Source: Octopus vulgaris
Taxonomy: Eukaryota
Assembly (NCBI GenBank): GCA_951406725.2
Contig: OX597832.1
Location: 16,430,001 to 16,494,000, forward strand
Length of the DNA: 64,000 bases
Direction of reading: 5' to 3'
A program made the position numbers and the translations under genes. The notes beneath the pieces are model-generated. The model was not told the origin of the DNA. It ran no database searches and saw nothing but the letters and a program-made list of their open reading frames with translations. Each line of letters begins with the position of its first letter. Positions within the stretch are counted from its first letter, which is position 1. Positions 55,723 to 64,000 of this stretch are shown here, one piece after another.

Positions 55723-56683
55723 TATAATAGAATTATTAGAGAAAAAATTCATTCCTTGCAATGCAGCACTTTTGCCATGTTGGTGCATTTAGTGCAAATA
55801 CTTCGAAAATGCATTGGGATATGGGAGCAAAAGGTTGTATTTTGCCTGCATGAATATCACAAACTATGGCATTTTGTTACATTTCCCAGCACTCTGTTAT
55901 GGATGATTCACACTCTCTTTTGCCGTTATATGTGTTTCAATTTCAGAATGGAAGCATATGTGATCAATGTGAATAATTTAGCATTAAGTTGGATTTTTAT
56001 AAAAGGCGCCGCAATCCATCTATCGTAATAATGGATTGCAGCGAAATAAAGATTTAAAGGCAGTGTTTAATTTAAATACGAATGAATATTTATGTTTTCT
56101 ATTAGTTTTAATTGCTTCCCAACGCTCGTCTTTCTTCTGTAGTAGTATCTTCATTTCAGGAAACAAAAAAGCCCATTAATATGAACTCATGCTGAAATTA
56201 ATTAAGTAATTAATCTACAGTAATTTTTACGCCGTACTAACTACGCAGACGCAATTTTAAATTACCAGTGGGTGTATTGCTCCGCATATCTTACGATTCT
56301 CTTAAACCTTAAGTAAACACATATCTAAGCTGCTAACAAATCATATACAGCGTATATCAATTAAGAAACGAATAATAAATATTTAATTGATTTTGATATC
56401 ACTTGTTAAGAATTAATCTCATAAAATTGATTAATAGCCTTGGTGAAATTTGATGTGCAGCTCTTAAGGTTTAGGTCATTATTGGAAATAGTGAAGGTTA
56501 CTTAGTTCCATAATGAATATCAGCACCGCTTTGCATGTACGTATATGTATGTGTGTGAATGTGTACCACTGTGTGTTCAGGCGTGTATATACAGACACAC
56601 AAGCACAGATGCATATATATATATATACATATATATACATATATATACATATATATACATACAGTATATGTATATATATCCAT

Positions 56684-56813
<130 letters not shown>

Positions 56814-58703
56814 GTATGGAAATTTATATATATATATAATATGTATATATATGTATGTACATATATATATATATATATAATATGTATATATATGTATGTA
56901 CATATATATATATATATATATAATATAATATGTATATATATATATATGTGTATATATGCACATACATACATACATGTATATATATACATACATACATATA
57001 TACATACACACACTTATATATATATAGACATACATGCATACATACACGCAAGTAAGCGTGTGCGTGTGTGTGCGTATATTTATATATCTGGGTGCGTGTA
57101 TGTTTGTGTGTGCATCCTGTATATGTGTACACATGTCTTCTTTTGTTTGCGTGTGAATGTGTGCGAATCTCCGTTCAATACATTACATTACATTAGATTA
57201 CATTAAATCATCCATTATATTGATATCGACAACCGAATTGAAACCAATGAACAAATTTCAGGAATGGTCCTATTTGGCTTCAATCACCTGTAAGGTTATA
57301 TTAATTTAATGGCTTTTACGTAAGAGGAAATACGGAGTTCTAATATCATGTGGGAAGCTATGATAAGATGGTAATAGAGAAATAAGTTTGGATCTTTCTA
57401 ATGGATATTAGCTTGCTAAAATTAGTTGTGTCATTTTCTGAATACTAACTCACTCATTACACTTAATTTGCAGCAAATGAACCTATTTAAATGGTCTTTT
57501 GATCTAAGATTCTGTTCTTGTGAATTTTATATCATATTGCCTCACGCATTTTTTTTCGTGTTTGACATGGTTTCACTTTGTATCCCCCGATGGTATTTCA
57601 AATAACTTGCAGTTCTTTATATGTCCCAATCTCGAATCATAAATGGTCGGGTTGGATAGGCATCGGGAATCTGAAGTGGGCAAGTTATAGAGAAATGGTC
57701 ATGTATTCAAGAATAATTCTTACTAGTTAGTTTTAAATTCGTGTGTAATAGGTACAGTTCGGTGTTGTGTCAATTTAACCGCTTTACTCTTTATTTTATT
57801 CTGCCATTTCTCACACGAACAGTACAATGAAATACTATTCATGTTTTAAGGTGGTAGTGCAGGACAATCTTTAGCTGCAACTTCTGCTATTCGTTCCTTG
57901 ATATAATTTTAATTCATATTGGTTGATGTTTATGGGAAAGCAGATGAATGAAAGGATCACGATATGAAATGAATTTATTCGAGCTTATCTTCGATGTATA
58001 AGAAATGTTGTCATCAAATCCAGAGCATATTAATGAGAAAGATCACACAAAAGTAAAATTGATAATGGATTTTAAAATTCAGCATCTGATTTGAGATGTG
58101 GGCGGCATCGTTCTCTGTGCGTAGCTATAAACATACTTTTTAAAGAACTAAGTGAAGTGGGTTAAATATGTCGCAATACTCTTTTCTGCCTAGCAGCAAA
58201 CAATTCGGTGACACTGGGAATTAAAATACCAAATTCTACGGTCTATCGTGTGATACACAAAAATATCCATTTTATAATCAGACTGATAAGAATATATACA
58301 CATAAATAATAATAGCGCTTTAGAAAATATTTATCTAGTTTATCAATGAAGCTGTTAATGTTTAGCTCAATGTGAATCCTGATATACCAGAACTATAAAC
58401 AAATATTTTTAGATGCCACTTTGTATTATCTAAATTATTTTGCCTGGCTATTTTTTTGTTTTAATATACAACACTTTGAAACAAATCGTCAAGGTTTGGG
58501 GTGAATTTTTGTTTCAGCCATGTAATGCGTGGTCTATCAGCGACCGAACGACGTTTATATTTGTTACTCAATACGTTCTCTTTGGGTTGCTAAATCTTGA
58601 AGGCTTGATTTCTATAGAATATTCTGAATTACGAATATGCCCATAAATTTATTCGCAATATGATGCATATACATATATGTGTGTATGTGTGTGTGTGTGT
58701 TTG

Positions 58704-59070
58704 TGGAGGTGCAATGGCCCAGTGGCTCGATGTCGTAGGATCGTAGATTCGATTCCTAGATCGGGCGTTGTGAGTGTTTATTGAGCGAAAACACCTAAAT
58801 CCCTACGATGCTCCGGCAGGGAATGGTGGCGAGCACAATTATACAATTACCAAACATTTCTCTCACTCTTTCTTCTTGTTTCTGTCGTACCTGTATTTCA
58901 AAGGCCCAAATGTGTCACTCTCTCTGTCACGCTGAATTTCCCCGAGAACTACATTAAGGGTACATGTTTCTGTGGAGTGCTCAGCCACTTGCACGTTAAT
59001 TTCACGTGCAGGTTGTTCCGTTGATGAGATCTACTGGAATCCTAGTAATCATAACTGAAGGGGTGCCAAA
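58704..59070 (+). mobile_element. Family C tRNA-derived SINE, near full length
   Basis: Head shared with 22754 (tggaggtgcaatggcccagtgg..ttattgagcgaaaacaccta); 3' part shared with 18750-18880. Confidence 0.88.
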
Positions 59071-59071
59071 T

Positions 59072-59259
<188 letters not shown>

Positions 59260-59561
59260 TTCTAAATCTCTCAACCGGAGACAATATTTTCCCAAATAAT
59301 GTGGCAGTCCCGGTCGGGAAGAATGTTAGTGGTATCTAGCTAAATAACCGTGAAATTGCTCCCAACCGTGACTGCCTCATTATGTTGGCAAATAATGTTT
59401 AGTATATATAAATGGTTATTGTGTATTTTTAATGTATACTTAATAAATGATTTCGTCCATATCATAATATTTCCAAATTGAAAAGTTTCTTGCATTTCCT
59501 GTATCCATTAACATTATTATTTCTCCCAGAATATGTTGAATTAGCATTCTAGTACGTCTAG

Positions 59562-59615
<54 letters not shown>

Positions 59616-59649
59616 ATATAATCATTGGTGCATCTGTGTATATGCAGGT

Positions 59650-60137
59650 ACATACACATTTGATATATACTACAAGCGTATATAATTACACAATTATAAA
59701 GGCTGAAAAATAATACAGTGAAAATATATATGAAGCCATAATATCTACAGAAAACATACGAAAGGCTTGTACGTGGACATAATATAAAAAGCAAGTTTGA
59801 TCTATAATTTCGGAGGGCCTCATAAACGTAACAAATGTTTTTTTCCTATATGTAGACATGACCTCAAAATTTCCGACACCTCTACAAGTCTAAGTGAACT
59901 TTTTGTGTTATGTCCACATGTGCCAAAAGAGTTGTTACGTTTTCGGACCGCTCCAAGATCACAGATACCACCTGCGTTTTATGTTATGTCCCCGTACAAG
60001 CCTTCCATATGTCTTAACATTTCGTATATAGCTCTTCTATATATTTTAATGATTTATATATTTTTCACTATATTATTTTTCACCCTTTTCACTTGAGTAA
60101 TTATATACGCGTGTAGTATATACCTAATGTGTATGTG
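59650..60137. repeat. Diverged fold-back, ~150-bp arms
   Basis: tatatactac..gcgtatataattac, tgaaaaataata.agtgaaaa and aggcttgtacg.ggacataa.ataaaa are all mirrored at 59965-60137. Confidence 0.85.
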
Positions 60138-60823
60138 CGTGCATATATACGAATGATTGCATACATACGAGTGTAATACCCTACCTGTTGTATTTATCTC
60201 CTTCATTCATACATATATGTATGTATATATGTGTATATATCTGCAGGTATAGATATGTTCGACTGAGAGGAGGGTGTATTTGTGTACATACATATATAGC
60301 TCATATGTATATTCAAGTTTTGCGGCGAATGTTACATTTTTACGGTTCATGTATTTCGTGTATGTGTCTGTCCGCGCTTATATATGCATGTGCGTATAGA
60401 CTACGCTTTGGCTCTCCCGTATGTATGTGCATGTGCGTATAGAGATGCGTATATGAACATAATGATGCGTGTATGGGTATATATACTTGTGTATTTGCGT
60501 GTATGCGTGTATTGTATGTATATATATATATGTCTACATTTGTATAGACATATATATGTGTGCATGCGTGTGTCTGTCTGTCTGTAGATTTACCCACGTG
60601 GGTGAGTATGTATATATATATATATGAATACATATATATGAATACATATATACGTGTTTGTGTATACATACATGCGTGTGTGTATGGTGTGTATGTGTGC
60701 GTACGTGTATGTATATATGCATATGTGTGCATATGCAGATTGCATGAACGAAGTTTTACTTTCACCACGCCTACTTGGGCAATTTTCCCTTTATTCAACG
60801 GTTATTTGTTAGAGTTTTTGTTT

Positions 60824-60880
60824 GTCTTAACAACTGATGAGATGCCGAAGCATCCGAAACTCTGAATCTTAATACGACAA
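60824..60880 (+). ncRNA. Decayed type I hammerhead ribozyme
   Basis: gtcttaacaa-CTGATGA-GATGC CGAA GCATC-c-GAAA-ctctgaa-TC-ttaatacgac. Stem I pairs at 7 of 10 positions. Confidence 0.65.
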
Positions 60881-60984
60881 CCAACTAATTGTCACATATT
60901 ATATTTATAGACAAACTCCTCTATTTACATAATATCGAGGTCTAAATCATTCTTTTGTTCTCATATTATTATTATTAATGTTTA

Positions 60985-61320
60985 ATTTTTTTGATTTTTT
61001 TATTTTATTTAGTTTCAGCTCACGAGCTGTGGCCATGCTGGGGCACCGCCATTTGGTGTTGCTACATGATTTTACTTCACTAATGCTTTATAGCAAATGC
61101 CATCTGGTGCATGAGAGAGTTCGATGCAGCTGCCCTCATCGGCCCCTCCTGCCGTGAAGTTTGTTCATCTGGGACACCTGACAAGAAGAAATCCATTTTC
61201 ATTTTAAAGACATCTGCATCCACCCCATGCAGTTCTCTTAGGTTCTTCGGGAGGATATTGAAGAGCTGTCGGCCTCGGAAGCCCAGGCTATCACTGTATC
61301 TTGTCCTACATATTGATGGC
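60985..61320 (-). mobile_element. CR1-group LINE 3' end (5'-truncated) with A-rich tail
   Basis: SLGFRGRQLFNILPKNLRELHGVDADVFKMKMDFFLSGVPDEQ..AASNSL, short 3' UTR, then a (taaaa)-like tail. Confidence 0.85.
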
Positions 61321-63121
61321 AAATATATATATACTATTTTTTATTTAGTTATATATGTATATGTACACTCATCACCTTACAGACGTATGCGTGTGTCAGC
61401 ATAAGCTTGTATACAAATACATGTATGTGTTTGTTTGAGTATTAGTTTATGTACACGTGTGTGTATCTATATTAATATTTTGTCATAAATATATGCAGTG
61501 ATAATTCAAGTTATGCGTGCGTGCGTATACAGTTATACACCACTGCAATCTAATATGCGAGTGTTTCTATCCGTATGCAATAATTACGGCACAGTGTATT
61601 ATTAAACATTTTCAGAAGTTTACACAAGTTCGTCAGTAATTATTCAAATGTTACCAACTGATTGACTCTCATTGAAGTAGATTTCTGTGAACAACGAATA
61701 AACATTGCACAAACGAACGAACGAACGATCATTGTATCGCTCTATAATAATATCAGTCACATAAATGAAGACAAGATACACAATATGTGGTTTGTTAACG
61801 GTGTTTTATCAATGTGTATAGATAATTCAAACGTGAGGACTTAATTCATGTCTGAAATTCGAATAGAATTCCGTTCCCGAGAAGCAGGAAGCTACGACCA
61901 ATACTATCGTTAATATAGTTAAGAATTAGCGTAAAGTTTGTATTCAAAATTAAATACAAAGAATATTGTATTAGGAAGTCCACGCGTTTAGGTCTCCACT
62001 AAAACAGGGTTGTATGTCAGACACACATTTGATAATATTTGCAGAAACTGAAACAGTACGAATATGATAAATGCACTTTCATTTATAAGGTAAAAAAATT
62101 TGCACATTGGAAAATGGGAGAATACTTTATTGGTGTAATTTAGAACGCTATAAATTACCAACTTGCAAATAAAGTTATCAATCTGCATATGTTATGATCA
62201 TTTTTTTCTGGCGAACAACGAAAATGTATTTTATGCATCTAAATAATCCGAAATACTTTTTTTATACTATCAAAGTATGTAAATAATGATTTGTATGACG
62301 TCTAAAGCTTCTCGAATGAGAATATCAATCATGATTCTGTTTGAAATTAAGCGAATCAAAACGGACAAGTGTAAGTCCGTAACTCAAAGTGGACAAATTA
62401 CTTTCATTACGTTAATGTATTTTTAATTTACAAATAATTCCTACAATTGCCTTGTCATCTTTTTATGTAGTTATATACACCTGACAGAGATGAATAAACA
62501 AAATATATATTTACTGACTGTATACAGTTAAAGTGAATCAAGCATGGAAGCTTGTGTGATGAAATACCATCGAATGAATATGACAACTGAGGATTCAGTA
62601 CGTTGGCATCTATTAATGACCAATGAGTGATTTATCTTTCATGATTCCTTAACGAGAGCTGATGTGTTTGCATCAATATCAGCATAATTCCTTTAGATAT
62701 CTTCTAAGCATTGAAAAGAAATTATTCGGATAAGTTGCAGGCAATGTATAGATGCGTTTGAAGTTGAAAACATTAGGTTAATTGAATGGGGAAAATGTAT
62801 ATACTTGGATTGTACATAGACAACGAAGCCAACAAGTTGTGATTTTTATATAATACACGTCCATAAATTTGTATATGTTTCTGTGTGTTAAGTTATTTGG
62901 GAAGGCAGTCCAGTCAGCGTGATAACCTATGCGTGTTTGCCTATGGGCTGTTGCGTTCAACGAAACATATAGAAACATATACAAATTCCCAATGTATATA
63001 TATATATATATATTTATGTGTATATATATAGTATATATATTTATATATAAATATATATAAATGAATATATATACATGCACACATATATATGTATATGCAT
63101 GTATATATATATGTGTGTGTA

Positions 63122-63166
<45 letters not shown>

Positions 63167-63182
63167 ATATGTGTGTATATAA

Positions 63183-63231
<49 letters not shown>

Positions 63232-63568
63232 TATGTGCTCTTGTCCGTTTGTGTAATAGGCCAGATAGATAGATAGACAGATAGATAGGTAGGAAGGTAA
63301 TAAGGATGTAGATACGTAGGTAGGAAGATTCGTAGATAGGTAGGTAGGTACATAGATGGATGGATGGATTGATAGATACATGAGGCAGTGTGCACGCTTT
63401 CAAAATCTACGTTTCATGACCGTACATTATAAAATAGGTTCCCAATAATAAACACTAAATGAAATCATCAGGCAAATATGTATCATTACGTATTCACACA
63501 CAAAATAACACACGCCTCCTCACCACTATCCATTTTTTCTATCTATCTATCAATCTATATATATATAA

Positions 63569-63631
<63 letters not shown>

Positions 63632-63689
63632 TTTCTGTACGTGTCTTCCTCACACAACTCATACTCTCGCACATGTAGAGATAGACAGG

Positions 63690-63727
<38 letters not shown>

Positions 63728-64000
63728 CAGAGACAGATATTGAAAGCAGGGAACAAAGAGATAAAAACCGAAAAACAGCTCACAATCTAAATAGATATGG
63801 AGTAATAGATGTAAATATAAATGTAGATTTATTCATCTGAATATAAAATTATATCGATCGATCTGAAGTAATGTCCAGAATTTTGTGTTTTGATATATTA
63901 GAATATATTTTGCTGCTATATATCATTATAAAATATATATCGAATCCTAAATTATGAGATTGACAAACTCGAAATTTTCAGTTTGTGTTGCTGTCACCTT

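Overview
AT-rich, repeat-dense eukaryotic DNA, intergenic or intronic. The SINE families and the extreme (TA)n/(CA)n/(ATT)n/(TAGA)n load look like an Octopus (coleoid cephalopod) genome; this is an inference from repeat content. I find no convincing host protein-coding gene: nearly all ORFs in the track are microsatellite translations or transposon relics. The window holds many tRNA-derived SINE copies, one full-length but disrupted mariner (23090-24379), older mariner relics, a Chapaev/CMC-like transposase pseudogene, R4/Dong-like and CR1-like LINE fragments, two non-autonomous Helitrons and several fold-back inverted repeats. The most interesting signal is a 433-bp tandem repeat at 3968-4803. 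Each unit carries an intact type I hammerhead ribozyme on the minus strand, an arrangement typical of retrozymes or Penelope pLTRs and predicted to release a 433-nt (circular) RNA. Six further hammerhead-like motifs with different flanks, some variant and some decayed, are scattered through the window.
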